Origin: an uncultured Alphaproteobacteria bacterium
GTDB taxonomy: Bacteria > Pseudomonadota > Alphaproteobacteria > Rhizobiales > Aestuariivirgaceae
Direction: 5' to 3'
DNA: 64,000 nt
Assembly (NCBI GenBank): GCA_963841765.1
Contig: CAWJDZ010000004.1
Coordinates: forward strand, 4,677-68,676
Under the pieces are notes generated by a model. That model searched no databases and was not told where the DNA came from. It saw only the letters and a program-made list of their open reading frames with translations. Made by a program: the position numbers and the translations under genes. Position 1 is the first letter of the stretch, and each line of letters opens with the position of its first letter. Positions 41,461 to 53,007 of this stretch are shown piece after piece.

Positions 41461-42494
41461 CTCCCTTCGAGAGCATCGAATATGCCGGCCGGCAAGGCGC
41501 CCGCGTCGCCTGGTACATGGGGCATTATTTCGCCTCGCGCCGGTATCGCGAGACGAAGCCCCCGCAGGAGAGGAAGCCGACGGGCAAAAGAGGACCAGGG
41601 CGCAATTTCATCTTCGAGCAAATGGGCGTTCTCTTTGCCCGCGATCTCGCCAATGTCGGCGAAGGCCATTATCCAATGCCGCGCGACCGCGACGGAAATC
41701 TGCGCAGCCTCATCGAGACCAGCCGGCATTTCTTCGCCGATCTGCCGCGTGCCGCCGAAAGAAAGGCGCAGGGCCAAAGTGCCGAAATCTATTCGCCCGA
41801 GCTGGCGGAGAAATTCCCAGCCTATTTCCTGCAGAATTTCCATTTTCAGACCGGCGGCTATCTGACCGAGGAGTCGGCCAAGCTCTATGACATGCAGGTC
41901 GAGGTGCTGTTCTCGGGCACCGGCAATGCGATGCGCCGGCAATGCCTGGTGCCGATCGCCAATTTCCTGCGGCACAAGGACCAGCGCCGCATGGCGCTCC
42001 TCGATGTGGCCTGCGGCACCGGCCGCTTTGTACGTTTCGCCAAGGAGGCTTTCCCGCGCCTCGCCGTCACTGGGGGCGATCTGTCAGAGGCCTATCTCGA
42101 AGAGGCCCGCAATCATGTCCGGCCGTACAAGGTCGACTTCAAGGCAGGTCAGGCCGAAGCGCTTCCCTTCGCCGATGCGTCCTTCGACATCGTAACATCG
42201 ATCTTTCTCTTCCACGAAGTTCCGCCGCCGGTCCGGCGCGACATCGCGCGCGAATTCGCCCGCGTGCTCAACCCGGGCGGCCTGCTCGTTTTCATGGACT
42301 CACTACAGCCCGGCGACCTGCCCGAGGTCGATGCGATGCTCGAGGCTTTTCCGGCGAACTTCCACGAGCCCTACTACCCCTCCTATCTGCGCGAGGATCT
42401 GAAAGCGGTCTTCGGCGAAGCGGGGTTCGAGGAAATTGCGGCCGAGCCGGTGTTCCTGTCGAAGCTGGTCACGGCGCGGAAACCGTCAGCCTAG
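41457..42494 (+). CDS. Class I SAM-dependent methyltransferase
   Basis: YFLQNFHFQTGGYL, LDVACGTG, FLFHEVP, FHEPYY. Confidence 0.92.
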   Translation: MTPFESIEYAGRQGARVAWYMGHYFASRRYRETKPPQERKPTGKRGPGRNFIFEQMGVLFARDLANVGEGHYPMPRDRDGNLRSLIETSRHFFADLPRAAERKAQGQSAEIYSPELAEKFPAYFLQNFHFQTGGYLTEESAKLYDMQVEVLFSGTGNAMRRQCLVPIANFLRHKDQRRMALLDVACGTGRFVRFAKEAFPRLAVTGGDLSEAYLEEARNHVRPYKVDFKAGQAEALPFADASFDIVTSIFLFHEVPPPVRRDIAREFARVLNPGGLLVFMDSLQPGDLPEVDAMLEAFPANFHEPYYPSYLREDLKAVFGEAGFEEIAAEPVFLSKLVTARKPSA

Positions 42495-42522
42495 CTCGTA
42501 TTTCACGCGCAGCATTCAAGAG

Positions 42523-42559
42523 AAAAGGCGCGGAAGCGATGATCCCGCGCCCTCTTTCA
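42523..42559. terminator. Likely bidirectional terminator
   Basis: gaaaaggcgcgg...ccgcgccctctttc hairpin between convergent genes. Confidence 0.55.
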
Positions 42560-42577
42560 ATCAACAGTCGATGTGGC

Positions 42578-43148
42578 TCAGCGCTTGCCGAGGAAGCTCC
42601 AGGCAGTCGGGAAAGCGACAGCCGCCAGCGCCGCCTTCAGCACGTCGCCCCACAGGAAGGGATAGAGGCCGAGCTCGAGAACCTTGTCGTAGCCGGTAAA
42701 TTTTGCAAGCCAGAGCAGGCCCGGAATGTAAAGGATCGCGGCACCCAGCATCATCACGCCGAACATGGTGATCACGCGGCGGTCATAGCCTCTTTCGGCG
42801 AACCAGCCGACCAGGGCCGCGGCAAGGATGAAGCCGATCAGATAGCCGCCTGTCGGCCCCATGAGCACGGCAGGACCGGCGGAAAATCTCTGCAAAGACC
42901 GGCAAGCCCACCGTGCCTTCCAGCACATAGAGCGCCAGGGTCGCCGCACCGAGGCGCATGCCGAAGGCAGCGCCGACGGCGAGAACGGCGAAAGTCTGCA
43001 GCGTCACCGGGACCAATGGCAGCTCGATGCTGATCTGCGCGCAAATGGCGACGAACAGGCTGCCCAAAATCACGAGCAGCGCCTGCTTCTTCCAGGATCC
43101 CGATACCTGCCAGATGCGGCTTGCCAGTGTCGTCGTCGATGTGGTCAT
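42578..43148 (-). CDS. bioY: Biotin transporter BioY (frameshift near 42890)
   Basis: VPVTLQTFAV, YVLEG.VGLPVF, GPTGGYLIGF, PFLWGDVLK. Confidence 0.93.
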
Positions 43149-43236
43149 CTGTGCCCTCTTGTCGTTTTGGGTCGCCCGAGTTCGGCCCGGACTATAAAGC
43201 GGGCCAGTTCCCGTCACAACCTGATCTTTTGGTTCT

Positions 43237-44138
43237 ATGGCTTCGCTGAGTTTCGACCGCTCTTTCGATATCCCGCCCGAGACCCCGATGGAGGTTTCGC
43301 CGCTCATCCGCCGCGTGCTGGCGGACAATCCCGGGCCCCTTCACGTTCAAGGGCACATCGAGCTTCATCGTCGGCCACGGCAGCGTGGCGATCATCGATC
43401 CGGGGCCCGACGATGACACTCATCTTGCGGCTCTGCTTGCCGCCGTCAGAGGCGAGACCGTCAGCCACATCCTGGTGACGCATAGCCATCTCGACCATTC
43501 GCCCCTGGCGCCGAGACTTAAACAGGTCACGGGGGCGGCGATCGTCGGCCACGGGCCAGTGGCGAATCAGGCGAGGACGGAAAGCTCCGGCTCGATGCCA
43601 GCATCGATGCGGATTTCGATCCCGACATCAAGCTCGGCCATGGCGAGGTGGTCATCGGGCAAAGGCTGGAGCCTCGAAGGCGTATTCACGCCCGGCCACA
43701 TGTCCAACCATATGAGCTATCGCGCTGCGCGAGGAAAAAGCACTGTTCTGCGGCGATCACGTGATGGCCTGGGCGACCAGCGTCATAGCGCCGCCGGACG
43801 GCAATATGGGCCAGTATTTCTCGTCGCTGCGCCTGCTGCTCGCGCGGGACGACGATGCCTATCATCCGGCGCATGGACCCTCGCGGCGCGATCCGAGACC
43901 GCTGGTCAGGGCCTATCTCATGCACCGGAAAATGCGGGAGGAAGCGATCATCGCGAGGCTCAAGGCGGGCGACCGCAGCATCGAGGAGGTCGTCAAGGCG
44001 AACTATGCCGATATCGATCCGAGGCTCCATGCCGCGGCGGGCCTGTCGACACTGGCTCATATCGAGCATCTGATCGAGCGGGGCCTGGTCCGCGCGGTGC
44101 CGCATGGGGTCGCCGACATACAATATTTCGCAACATAA
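43237..44138 (+). CDS. MBL-fold metallo-hydrolase (LACTB2-like; several frameshifts)
   Basis: ADNPGPFTFKGT, IDPGP, THSHLDH, TPGH.SNH, GDHVM, PAHG. Confidence 0.88.
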
Positions 44139-44228
44139 ATTGTATGTCTTTAAAGATGGACCTCTGAAAGCATCTGTGCCAGAAACGCGCCGCCGGGGAA
44201 CTCCACCGCGCGTCTGCAAAGGCAAATC

Positions 44229-45056
44229 ATGAGTGAATCCAAAGGTTTAATGGCCGGCAAGCGCGGCCTCATCATGGGTGTGGCCAATAACCGGTCGATC
44301 GGCTGGGGCATTGCCCAGGCGTGGCGCGCCATGGCGCGGAACTCGCCTTCACCTATCAGGGCGATGCGTTCAAGAAGCGGGTTGAGCCCTTGGCGGCGGG
44401 CATCGGCTCCAAGCTCGTGCTGCCTTGCGACGTCACCGACATGGCCTCGGTCGATGCAGACTTTCGCCGACCGTCGGCAAGGAATGGGGCGAGATCGATT
44501 TCGTGGTTCATGCCATCGCCTTCTCCGACAAGGACGAGCTCACCGGCCGCTATGTCGATACGACGGCGCCGACAATTTCACCAAGACGATGTTCATTTCC
44601 TGCTACAGCTTCACGGCCATCGCGCAGCGCGCCGAGAAGCTGATGGCCAAGGGCGGCTCGCTCCTCACCCTCACCTATTACGGAGCGGAGAAATGGATGC
44701 CGCATTACAACGTAATGGGTGTCGCCAAGGCGGCACTCGAGGCCTCGGTGCGCTATATGGCGGCCGATCTCGGTCCCAAGAACATCCGCGTCAACGCCAT
44801 TTCGGCGGGACCGATCAAGACGCTCGCCGCTTCCGGCATCGGCGATTTCCGCTACATCCTCAAATGGAACGAATATAATTCTCCGCTGCGGCGCACGGTG
44901 ACCATCGACGAGGTCGGCGATTCCGGACTTTATCTGCTCTCCGATCTCGCGCGCGGCGTTACCGGCGAGATCATGCACGTCGATGCCGGTTACCACATCG
45001 TCGGCATGAAGAATCCCGAGGCGCCCGATATCACGGTTGCGCAAAACGGTGATTGA
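44229..45056 (+). CDS. fabI: Enoyl-ACP reductase FabI (internal compensating frameshifts)
   Basis: GVANNRSIGWGIA, YNVMGVAKAALEASVRY, NAISAGPIKTLAA. Confidence 0.96.
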   Translation: MSESKGLMAGKRGLIMGVANNRSIGWGIAQAWRAMARNSPSPIRAMRSRSGLSPWRRASAPSSCCLATSPTWPRSMQTFADRRQGMGRDRFRGSCHRLLRQGRAHRPLCRYDGADNFTKTMFISCYSFTAIAQRAEKLMAKGGSLLTLTYYGAEKWMPHYNVMGVAKAALEASVRYMAADLGPKNIRVNAISAGPIKTLAASGIGDFRYILKWNEYNSPLRRTVTIDEVGDSGLYLLSDLARGVTGEIMHVDAGYHIVGMKNPEAPDITVAQNGD

Positions 45057-45684
45057 GCCAAATCCGCCGATCTATTTCATCCGTCATGGCGAGACCGACT
45101 GGAATCGCGAAGGCCGCATCCAGGGCCAGATCGACATTCCCCTCAATGACACCGGCCACCAGCAGGCGATCGCCATTTCGCGCGGCCTCAAGAGCTTCCT
45201 GCGCGACACCAAGATCGACCTCTTTGTCGTCAGCCCCTTGAGCCGCACGCGCCAGACGATGGGCTCATCTCGCTGCGCGCGTTCGATCTTCCCGAAAACC
45301 GGGTCGGAGATCGAACCCGCCATGCTCGAACTCGCTTTCGGCATCTGGGAAGGCCATTTCTTCAAGGACCTCAAGCGGAACCCGCACTATCCGAAGAATC
45401 TCGACGAACGGTTTCGCTGGCGGCCCGCGGACGGCGAAAGCTATGAACAAGGACGCGAACGGGTGAGACAATGGATCGGCCGCATCGAAGGGCCGACGGT
45501 CATCGTCGCTCATGGCGCGATCGGACGCTGCCTGATCGGCCTGGTCTCGGACCTGCCGCCTTGCGCCCTGGTCAAAGCTTCCACGCCGCAAGGACATTTC
45601 TGCCGCCTTCAGGACGGACGCATCGACTGGTTCGACATCGAGGGCAACCCCGCCAGAGACTTCGGTAACAGGCGCGACATTTGA
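45049..45684 (+). CDS. Histidine phosphatase family protein
   Basis: [33 protein letters not shown]. Confidence 0.92.
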   Translation: MIEPNPPIYFIRHGETDWNREGRIQGQIDIPLNDTGHQQAIAISRGLKSFLRDTKIDLFVVSPLSRTRQTMGSSRCARSIFPKTGSEIEPAMLELAFGIWEGHFFKDLKRNPHYPKNLDERFRWRPADGESYEQGRERVRQWIGRIEGPTVIVAHGAIGRCLIGLVSDLPPCALVKASTPQGHFCRLQDGRIDWFDIEGNPARDFGNRRDI

Positions 45685-45716
45685 CGCCACTGCCGTTGCG
45701 CCTTAAGCAGTGGCCC

Positions 45717-46808
45717 ATGTCGTACAACAGCTTCGGCCACATGTTCCGGATGACGACCTTCGGCGAAAGCCATGGGCCGGCAATCGGCTGCATCGTCGAT
45801 GGCTGTCCGCGCGGGACTGGCGCTGAGCGACCGCCGATATCCAGGCCTATCTCGACAAGCGCAGACCCGGTCAGTCGCGTTTCACCACGCAACGGCGCGA
45901 ACCGGACGCAGGTGAAAATCCTTTCCGGCGTCTTCGCGGATGACCGCACTTCCGGCCAGGTGACGACCGGGGCGCCGATCGCCCTTCTCATCGAGAATGT
46001 CGACCAGCGCTCCAAGGATTACTCCGCGATCCGCGACAAATTTCGCCCCGGCCATGCCGACTACACCTATTTCGCCAAGTATGGCCTGCGCGATTATCGC
46101 GGCGGCGGCCGGTCCTCGGCGCGCGAGACGGCGGCGCGCGTTGCTGCGGGCGCCATCGCCCGCAAGATCATCCCGGATGTCACGGTGCGCGGCGCCTTGA
46201 TCCAGATTGGTCCTCACAAGATCGACCGCACCCACTGGAACTGGGACGAGGTCGATCGCAATCCCTTCTTCACGCCGGATGCCTCGGCCGTCGAGTCGTG
46301 GTCAAGCTATCTCGATGACGTGCGCAAGGCGGGCTCATCCTGCGGCGCCATCATCGAAGTCGTGGCCAGCGGCGTGCCGGCAGGATGGGGTGCGCCCGTC
46401 TACGGCAAGCTTGACCAGGATATCGCCGCGGCGATGATGAGCATCAATGCGGTGAAAGGCGTCGAGATCGGCGCCGGCTTCGCCGCGGCGATGCTGTCGG
46501 GTGAGGAAAATGCCGATGAGATGCGGGTGCGCCACGGCAGGACCGAGTTCAGCACCAATCACGCTGGCGGCATACTGGGCGGCATCTCCACCGGCCAGGA
46601 GATCGTGGTGCGCTTCGCGGTCAAGCCGACATCCTCGATCCTGTCGCCGCGCAAAACCGTGACCTCGGCCGGCGAGAATACCGACATCACGACGACCGGC
46701 CGCCACGACCCTTGCGTCGGCATTCGCGCCGTGCCGGTGGGCGAAGCCATGCTCGCCATCGTTCTTGCCGACCATTTTCTCAGGCATCGCGGCCAGATCG
46801 GCGCGTGA
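45717..46808 (+). CDS. aroC: Chorismate synthase (compensating indels near the 5' end)
   Basis: [40 protein letters not shown]. Confidence 0.97.
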   Translation: MSYNSFGHMFRMTTFGESHGPAIGCIVDGCPRGTGAERPPISRPISTSADPVSRVSPRNGANRTQVKILSGVFADDRTSGQVTTGAPIALLIENVDQRSKDYSAIRDKFRPGHADYTYFAKYGLRDYRGGGRSSARETAARVAAGAIARKIIPDVTVRGALIQIGPHKIDRTHWNWDEVDRNPFFTPDASAVESWSSYLDDVRKAGSSCGAIIEVVASGVPAGWGAPVYGKLDQDIAAAMMSINAVKGVEIGAGFAAAMLSGEENADEMRVRHGRTEFSTNHAGGILGGISTGQEIVVRFAVKPTSSILSPRKTVTSAGENTDITTTGRHDPCVGIRAVPVGEAMLAIVLADHFLRHRGQIGA

Positions 46809-46850
46809 TTGTCCTGAAGGCTGAAACGAACTTTCTGAAGGAACGTATCC

Positions 46851-47231
46851 ATGGCCCTATCCGTCAAGCAGCTCATGAGCGATGCCAACGCCGCCGTGCC
46901 GAAGATCGGCGTCGATGAGGCACGCAGGCTCGTGGCGAAAGAGGATGCCCTCCTTGTCGATGTCCGCGACGGGACCGAGCTCGCCAGAACCGGAAAGCTC
47001 AAAGGCGCCACCCATGTGTCGCGCGGCCTGATCGAATTCCGCGCCGACACGGACGCACCCTCTCACGATCCCCAGTTCCGCAAGGACCGGCCGATCGTCC
47101 TCTATTGCGCCTCGGGCGGGCGCTCGGCGCTTGCCGGCAAGGTGCTGAAGGACATGGGCTACACCAAGGTCCACAATCTCGGCGGGTTCAAGGACGCGGC
47201 CGATCAAGGCTTCGAGACCGAGCCAGCCTGA
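46851..47231 (+). CDS. Rhodanese-like domain protein
   Basis: LVDVRD, SRGLIEF.AD, YCASGGRSALA, NLGGF. Confidence 0.93.
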   Translation: MALSVKQLMSDANAAVPKIGVDEARRLVAKEDALLVDVRDGTELARTGKLKGATHVSRGLIEFRADTDAPSHDPQFRKDRPIVLYCASGGRSALAGKVLKDMGYTKVHNLGGFKDAADQGFETEPA

Positions 47232-47256
47232 CCCGCAGCGGGGGGGAAACAGAAGA

Positions 47257-47934
47257 TCAGAACAGCATCAGCTGACGTGTCTCTTCGACCGGCGGGTTCA
47301 GTGGCGACGATGCGCGACGGTCGAGCTCCACGGGCTCCACGACCAAGGTCGGATCGGGGTGCATCAGCACATGCTCGACGATCGACTGCGCCTCGACAGC
47401 TTCATTGGCGAGCCAGTCCCGATGGAGATGCGGGCCCACAATGACCGGCATGCGAGGGTGCGCCGCCGCCATCGGCGGCACGGCCGCGGTCGTGACGATC
47501 ACCGCCGTTTCGAGCTCGCTGCCGTCCGGACCCAGCCAGTGCTCCCACAGACCCGCGAAGGCGAACGGCCCGTCATCGGCACGCCTGACCTGATAGGCCT
47601 GCTTGCGCCCCTCGACACCTGCCAATTCATAGTACCCGTCGGCCGGAATGAGGCATCGCCGCCGGCGCACGGCATTCTTGAACGACGCCTTTTCGAGGAT
47701 CGTCTCGCTGCGGGCATTGGTCAGAGGCTTGCCCGGCGCCAGTTCCTTTGCCCAGGACGGCACGAAACCCCAGCGCACCAGAGCAAGACGCCGGACATTC
47801 CTGTCCAAGCGCACGATAGCAATCGGGCTGCCCGGCGACACGTAAGAGCGCGGCGGAAAATCATGCTCCTCAACGTAAGAGAGGAGTTCGCGCACATGAC
47901 TAGGCTTCGCCCTCAGCCGGTAGAGATTGCACAT
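47257..47934 (-). CDS. SRAP (HMCES/YedK) SOS response-associated peptidase
   Basis: MC N-terminus, RWGFVP.W, NARSET, RRCLIPADGYYE, H.RMPVI. Confidence 0.93.
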   Translation of the reverse strand: MCNLYRLRAKPSHVRELLSYVEEHDFPPRSYVSPGSPIAIVRLDRNVRRLALVRWGFVPSWAKELAPGKPLTNARSETILEKASFKNAVRRRRCLIPADGYYELAGVEGRKQAYQVRRADDGPFAFAGLWEHWLGPDGSELETAVIVTTAAVPPMAAAHPRMPVIVGPHLHRDWLANEAVEAQSIVEHVLMHPDPTLVVEPVELDRRASSPLNPPVEETRQLMLF

Positions 47935-48075
47935 GCACCTTTGATTCCGGAAGGACTTGAGTCTCTCAGAGCCCGATCACACGGGCGGCAGCCGGCCTAA
48001 GCCGGTGCCCGCCTCGTGATCGCGCCTCAGGCGGCGCTGCGCTTGCTCGCCTTCTTGGCGGACCTTTTTTGCGCT

Positions 48076-48270
48076 CTACTTGGCCGGCTTCAGCTTCTGG
48101 GCGGCCTTGGTGAGCTTCGCCCGATCGTTCCCGACCTTGTCGATGAGGTCGCGCGTTTGAGCAGCGGTAATGCCGTGCTTCCTGGCGAAATAGGCCACTT
48201 CATAGCCTTCGCCCTTCGCAACCTTCGAGCGGTCGGCTTTGCCACGGACCTTTTTGTTGTCAGCCATCAT
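48076..48270 (-). CDS. DUF3606 family protein
   Basis: MADNKKVRGKADRSKV...YEVAYFARKHGIT..Q.RDLIDKVGNDR. Confidence 0.88.
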   Translation of the reverse strand: MMADNKKVRGKADRSKVAKGEGYEVAYFARKHGITAAQTRDLIDKVGNDRAKLTKAAQKLKPAK

Positions 48271-48395
48271 TGTCTCCTTGGTTACCTGCCTCAGGGCTTG
48301 CGCCCTGAGTTCGCGCGACAAAGGTAATGCATTGAGGCAGTTGCGTCACCTGTTGCTTCGCCGCCCTGCTTGTTACTCGCACCGGAAACGTTACG

Positions 48396-48833
48396 ATGGC
48401 TCGCATGAGCGAGCGAAAGCCCTATCCGCAAATCGGTGTCAGCGCCTGCGTATGGCGCAATGGCAAGGTCCTGCTGGTCGAGCGCGGCAAGGAACCATGG
48501 AAGGGCAAATGGAGCCTGCCGGGCGGCAGCCTCGAATTCGGCGAGACCGTGCGCGACGCGGCGCAGCGCGAGCTCGCCGAGGAGACCGGCGTCGAGGCCG
48601 ATCTCGAGAAGCTCGTCGATATCGACGATGCGATCATGCGCGATGCGACGGGCGCCCCGGTCACGCACTATTCGATCGCCTGCTTCACCGGATATTGGCG
48701 CAAGGGTGAAGCCCGCGCCCAGGACGATGTCACTCTGGTCCAATGGGCCGACATCGAGGCGCTCGACAGCCTCGACATGACGCCCCGAACCGCCACCTAT
48801 ATCCGCCAAGCCTGGCAATTGTTAACGACTTGA
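48396..48833 (+). CDS. NUDIX hydrolase
   Basis: Nudix box GGSLEFGETVRDAAQRELAEETG. Confidence 0.95.
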   Translation: MARMSERKPYPQIGVSACVWRNGKVLLVERGKEPWKGKWSLPGGSLEFGETVRDAAQRELAEETGVEADLEKLVDIDDAIMRDATGAPVTHYSIACFTGYWRKGEARAQDDVTLVQWADIEALDSLDMTPRTATYIRQAWQLLTT

Positions 48834-48971
48834 GTCAAAAAAGCAGGCCGGCATTAACCCTTTCCTAAGGATGCGATAGTCCGGCCACATTGCTCTGTTA
48901 AATTTCAAAATTGAGCTGATTTGGCTGGTGGGGCCGGCTGGCGCCAGGTGTAGCGGGCGTCGACGATCCGG

Positions 48972-49241
48972 ATGGATGGGATGGACAAAGAGCCTTTGAA
49001 ATTTGCTGCGCCCGAGCCTCAGGCCGAGCCCAAATATGCGGCGCTGCGCTATATTATGGAGGCCTGGGAAGAGGCCGTCTTCGACGGCATCGATCCCGAT
49101 TGCGTGGCGACGGCGGCGATCTTCGCGGCCATGTCGGATCTCGTCACTACGTATGGCGAGGAACCCGTGGCCCGCATGGCCGAAAGGCTGCCCGAGCGCA
49201 TCCGGGCGGGCGAGTTCACCATCAACAAGACCCGGCAATAA
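48972..49241 (+). CDS. Conserved alphaproteobacterial hypothetical protein
   Basis: [16 protein letters not shown]....A.AAIFAA...LV.TYGE..VA......PERI..GEF. Confidence 0.8.
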   Translation: MDGMDKEPLKFAAPEPQAEPKYAALRYIMEAWEEAVFDGIDPDCVATAAIFAAMSDLVTTYGEEPVARMAERLPERIRAGEFTINKTRQ

Positions 49242-49281
49242 TCTCTTTCGTCCTGCCGCCGCCTCAAGGCATAAAGCGCCA

Positions 49282-50019
49282 ATGGCGCGCTACAAGATGA
49301 CCATCGAGTATGACGGCGGACCCTTCGCCGGCTGGCAGCTTCAAGCCAATGCGCCGACCCTCCAGGGCGTCCTGGAGGACGCCTTCTTCAGCCTCACCGG
49401 AAGCCGGCCCGTCATCAACGCGGCCGGCCGCACCGATGCCGGCGTCCATGCCAGGGGCCAGGTGGCGCATGTCGATCTCGAGCGCGACTGGGACACGCGG
49501 GTTTTGCGGAATGCGGTCAACGCCCATTTGCGCCCGCATCCCATCAGCGTGCTCGTCGTCGCATCCGTCAGCGACGACTTCCACGCACGCTTCAAGGCCG
49601 TTCGCCGCTCCTATCTCTATCGCATCGCCAACCGGCCGGCGCCCTTGGCGCTTGAGCGCGGCAAGGCGTGGTGGATTCCCGTCGCCCTCGATCACTGGGC
49701 GATGCACGAAGCCGCTCAGGCGCTTGTCGGCAAGCATGATTTCACCACATTTCGCGCTGCCGAATGCCAGGCGCAATCGCCGGTCAAGACGCTCGAGCGC
49801 ATCGATGTGACACGCGAAGGCGACATGATCGACATCACTGTCGAGGCTCGCTCGTTCCTGCATCATCAGGTGCGCTCCATGGTGGGCTCGCTCAGGCTCG
49901 TGGGCGACGGCAAGTGGCCGATCGGCGGAGTGGCGTCCGCCCTCCGCGCGCGCGACCGCGCGCGTTGCGGGCCCGTCGCGCCGGCGACCGGCCTCTATCT
50001 TATGCGTGTGGACTACTGA
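49282..50019 (+). CDS. truA: tRNA pseudouridine(38-40) synthase
   Basis: [45 protein letters not shown]. Confidence 0.97.
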   Translation: MARYKMTIEYDGGPFAGWQLQANAPTLQGVLEDAFFSLTGSRPVINAAGRTDAGVHARGQVAHVDLERDWDTRVLRNAVNAHLRPHPISVLVVASVSDDFHARFKAVRRSYLYRIANRPAPLALERGKAWWIPVALDHWAMHEAAQALVGKHDFTTFRAAECQAQSPVKTLERIDVTREGDMIDITVEARSFLHHQVRSMVGSLRLVGDGKWPIGGVASALRARDRARCGPVAPATGLYLMRVDY

Positions 50020-50900
50020 TCGGTCTGCGCTCTCGTCGTCATGGCGACGCCGACAACGGTGATCGCCGCACCGATCCAGGTCAAAAGCTGGTAGCGCTCG
50101 CCCAGAAAGAAGACGCCGGAAAAAAGTGCGATCGCCGCGGCGACATAACCGACCTGACTGAGATAGACCGGTCCGCCCACCGCCTGCAGGCGAAAGAAGA
50201 AGGCGAACATGGTGGTCGCCGAAACCACTTGCGCCAAAACCAGAAGCGGGATGCCCGGCAGAAGCATGAATGCGCCCGCATTGCCCGACATCACGAGGCC
50301 CACAAGCAGAAGCACCGCTGCAGCCAGATGACTGCCCGCGGCGAGTTCGATCGGACCTGCTCCCTCGGGCCAATCATAAGTGCGGTAGATATTGCCGGCG
50401 GCGAGACTGACGGGAATCATGAGGCCGATCACCACCCAGGCAATATCCGCGGGCCTTCCCGCTTCGCCCCGGGTCAGCGTCACGATCAGCGCACCGATGA
50501 AGCCGACAACGATACCGATGACACCGAGCCTGTTCGGCCGCCTTACGCCGAGGAGCAGCGACAGCATCAGCGTGATCACCGGCGAGATCGTGTACATGAT
50601 CCCGGTATAGCCCGCCCCCAGATGCGGGATAGCGGTGAACAGCAGGAAATTGGGCACGGCATAGGATATCGCGGCCGCGATGATGAAATAGCGCAGCCGA
50701 TGTGCCGTCAGCGGAATGCGCCGTCCGGTGAGGATGAAGGCGAGGAAAAGCACGCCGGCGGCGCCGCAGGAAACGACGAAGGCCCACAGCATGCCCGGAA
50801 CGCCAGCCTGGGTCGCCATCTTGCCGAAGGGCAGAGCGAGGCCGAGGAGGCCGCCCGCCACGATCAGGAGACCGAAAGCCGAATTCCACACAAGCTTCAT
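50013..50900 (-). CDS. DMT/EamA family transporter
   Basis: About 10 TM helices; two EamA repeats; [10 protein letters not shown]. Confidence 0.9.
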   Translation of the reverse strand: MKLVWNSAFGLLIVAGGLLGLALPFGKMATQAGVPGMLWAFVVSCGAAGVLFLAFILTGRRIPLTAHRLRYFIIAAAISYAVPNFLLFTAIPHLGAGYTGIMYTISPVITLMLSLLLGVRRPNRLGVIGIVVGFIGALIVTLTRGEAGRPADIAWVVIGLMIPVSLAAGNIYRTYDWPEGAGPIELAAGSHLAAAVLLLVGLVMSGNAGAFMLLPGIPLLVLAQVVSATTMFAFFFRLQAVGGPVYLSQVGYVAAAIALFSGVFFLGERYQLLTWIGAAITVVGVAMTTRAQTDQ

Positions 50901-50906
50901 CGTGGA

Positions 50907-51476
50907 TCACCGGACCAGCGCATCGAGTCCGTAGGTAAGGGCAAAATCGGCAAGCAGGAAAGTGAGGGCGATCAGTGCCGTCGTCTGCAGTCCTGTCTTG
51001 GCGACGAACCAGCTGACATAAAGCAGGAAGATGAAGATGGCTTGCGCTAGGATCAGCGGAAGCAGTGCTGCTCCCGTCGCCAGATGAAGAAGATGCGGAA
51101 CGACGGAGAGCGTCAGAGTCGGCACTGCCATCCAATTGTAGATGATCATATAGCGCACATAGTGTTGCCCAAGGCCCAGAAACCTCGCCAGAACGGCCGC
51201 GATCAATGGCCAGATCGCCATGCCCAACAGCAGGTAGAAATAGTCGTCGCCGAGCCGCAATTCGGAAGGGCCGTCACCGGATTCGGCGAGCTCGAGGCTG
51301 AACCGGTGGTCCGAGACGAACAGCGGATAGGCGAGCACGAGGACCGGCACGACCATGGCGAAAGAGCGCCAGAAGCCCTCGATGGTGAGATTGAAGTCCT
51401 CGAGCGCCGCTGCATCGCGCCGCAGGAGCCGCCAGCAGCCGCGCATGGCCAGAAGCCCCTCTTCGACCAGTGTCAC
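50907..51476 (-). CDS. Conserved membrane protein
   Basis: DFNLTIEGFWRSF, YMIIYNW; multiple TM helices; coupled to dapE. Confidence 0.8.
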   Translation of the reverse strand: MTLVEEGLLAMRGCWRLLRRDAAALEDFNLTIEGFWRSFAMVVPVLVLAYPLFVSDHRFSLELAESGDGPSELRLGDDYFYLLLGMAIWPLIAAVLARFLGLGQHYVRYMIIYNWMAVPTLTLSVVPHLLHLATGAALLPLILAQAIFIFLLYVSWFVAKTGLQTTALIALTFLLADFALTYGLDALVR

Positions 51477-52636
51477 GCGGGCGCCCGTCCGAAATAGGCT
51501 TCGATTATCGTGCGGTAGACCTGGGCGAGATTGCGCAAATCGGCGATCGCGATCGCCTCATTGACATGATGGATGGTGGCGCTGAGCGGGCCGAATTCGA
51601 GAACCGGGCAATAGTCCTTGATGAAACGGGCATCCGACGTGCCGCCCGAAGTCGAGAGCTTGGCGAGAACGCCGGTCTCTTCTTCGATCGCATCGATCAC
51701 CACGCCGACGAAAGCACCGGGCTCGGTGATGAAGGCCTCGGCGCCCTCGCTGATGTCGAGTGCGAAGCTGCCCCCCATCTCGCTTTCTACGCGCCGGCAG
51801 ACGTCCTCGACGATCGCGATCAGCGATTCATGCGTATGTTCGGTGTTGAAACGGATGTTGAATCTCGCTCCCGCCCGCGCCGGAATGACATTGGTGGCGG
51901 GATTGCCGACATCGAAAGTGGTGAAGGCGAGCGTCGTCGGATCGAACCGGTCATTGCCGTCGTCGAATTTTTGGACAGAGAGCCGCTCGACGAGGCGGGC
52001 GAGCTTGGGAATCGGATTGTCGGCCTTGTGCGGATAAGCAACATGGCCTTGGGTGCCATTGATCGAGACATCGACCGTCAGCGAGCCGCGCCTCCCGATC
52101 TTGATCGTGTCGCCGAGCTTGTCGGTGGAGGTCGGCTCGCCGACGACGCAATGATCGGGGATGTGGCCGTTCTCCTTCATCCAGGCCAGAACCTTGCGCG
52201 TGCCGTTGATGGCGGGGCCCTCCTCATCGCAGGTGATCAGCAGGGAAAGCGAGCCGGTGAAAAGGCCGGCCTTCACCGCGTCCGCCGCGGCCGTGGCAAA
52301 GGCAGCAATCGAACCTTTCATGTCGGCGGCGCCGCGGCCATAAATGAAGCCCTTTTCCTGATGCGCCGAGAAGGGAGGCGCAGCCCAATCTTCCAGCCGG
52401 CCCGGCGGCACTACGTCAGCATGTCCGGCAAAGCACAGATGCGGGCCCCCCTTGCCGAACCGGGCAAAGAGATTGTCGACATCGGACGTTCCCTCCTCGG
52501 AGAAGACGAGCCGTTCGCACTGAAAGCCGGCAGCACTCAGAAAGGTCGCAAGACAGTCGAGTGCGCCCGCCTCATTTGGCGTAACGGAAGCGCAGTGGAT
52601 GAGGTCTTCAAGAAGCGGCAGCGGATCGGTTTCCAT
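51473..52636 (-). CDS. dapE: Succinyl-diaminopimelate desuccinylase
   Basis: FAGH.DVVP, GRGAADMKG, DEEG, GEPT, GRRGS, GHVAYP, GGTSDARF. Confidence 0.97.
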   Translation of the reverse strand: METDPLPLLEDLIHCASVTPNEAGALDCLATFLSAAGFQCERLVFSEEGTSDVDNLFARFGKGGPHLCFAGHADVVPPGRLEDWAAPPFSAHQEKGFIYGRGAADMKGSIAAFATAAADAVKAGLFTGSLSLLITCDEEGPAINGTRKVLAWMKENGHIPDHCVVGEPTSTDKLGDTIKIGRRGSLTVDVSINGTQGHVAYPHKADNPIPKLARLVERLSVQKFDDGNDRFDPTTLAFTTFDVGNPATNVIPARAGARFNIRFNTEHTHESLIAIVEDVCRRVESEMGGSFALDISEGAEAFITEPGAFVGVVIDAIEEETGVLAKLSTSGGTSDARFIKDYCPVLEFGPLSATIHHVNEAIAIADLRNLAQVYRTIIEAYFGRAPA

Positions 52637-52645
52637 GGGCGCAAT

Positions 52646-52894
52646 CTAGCGCGCATCCCGGCGAAGTGGAATCACTTCGCCGATAAGGATTCGCGCCAAA
52701 TCAACATGTTGGAGCAAATATAGATCACGGTCACTTCAGATCGCTTCGATCTGAAGTGACAAACGTGATCGAATTCTTAAGTTGGCGCGTGATCGGACGG
52801 AAAACCGGTCTCCACTTTTCCTGATCACGCGCCCCGCCAAAGTCTTCAACCCCGGATCAGGTCCGGGGCCGGCCTTTGGCGGGATTTGCTCTAG
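52646..52894 (-). repeat. Family A element interrupted by a nested family D element (52721-52832)
   Basis: Family A halves at 52646-52720 and 52833-52894 flank tagatcacggtcacttcagatcg...aaaaccggtctccacttttcctgatcacgcgcc. Confidence 0.9.
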
Positions 52895-53007
52895 CGACAT
52901 GGAGTTTACCCGGCCAGCCAGGCCAAGCGCATGAGTGGGATAAGCCTGATTTGCCGAAGGATGTCCAGTCGCCGGAAGGCCGGCACCGTGCCGGCTGGAA
53001 TCCGCGT

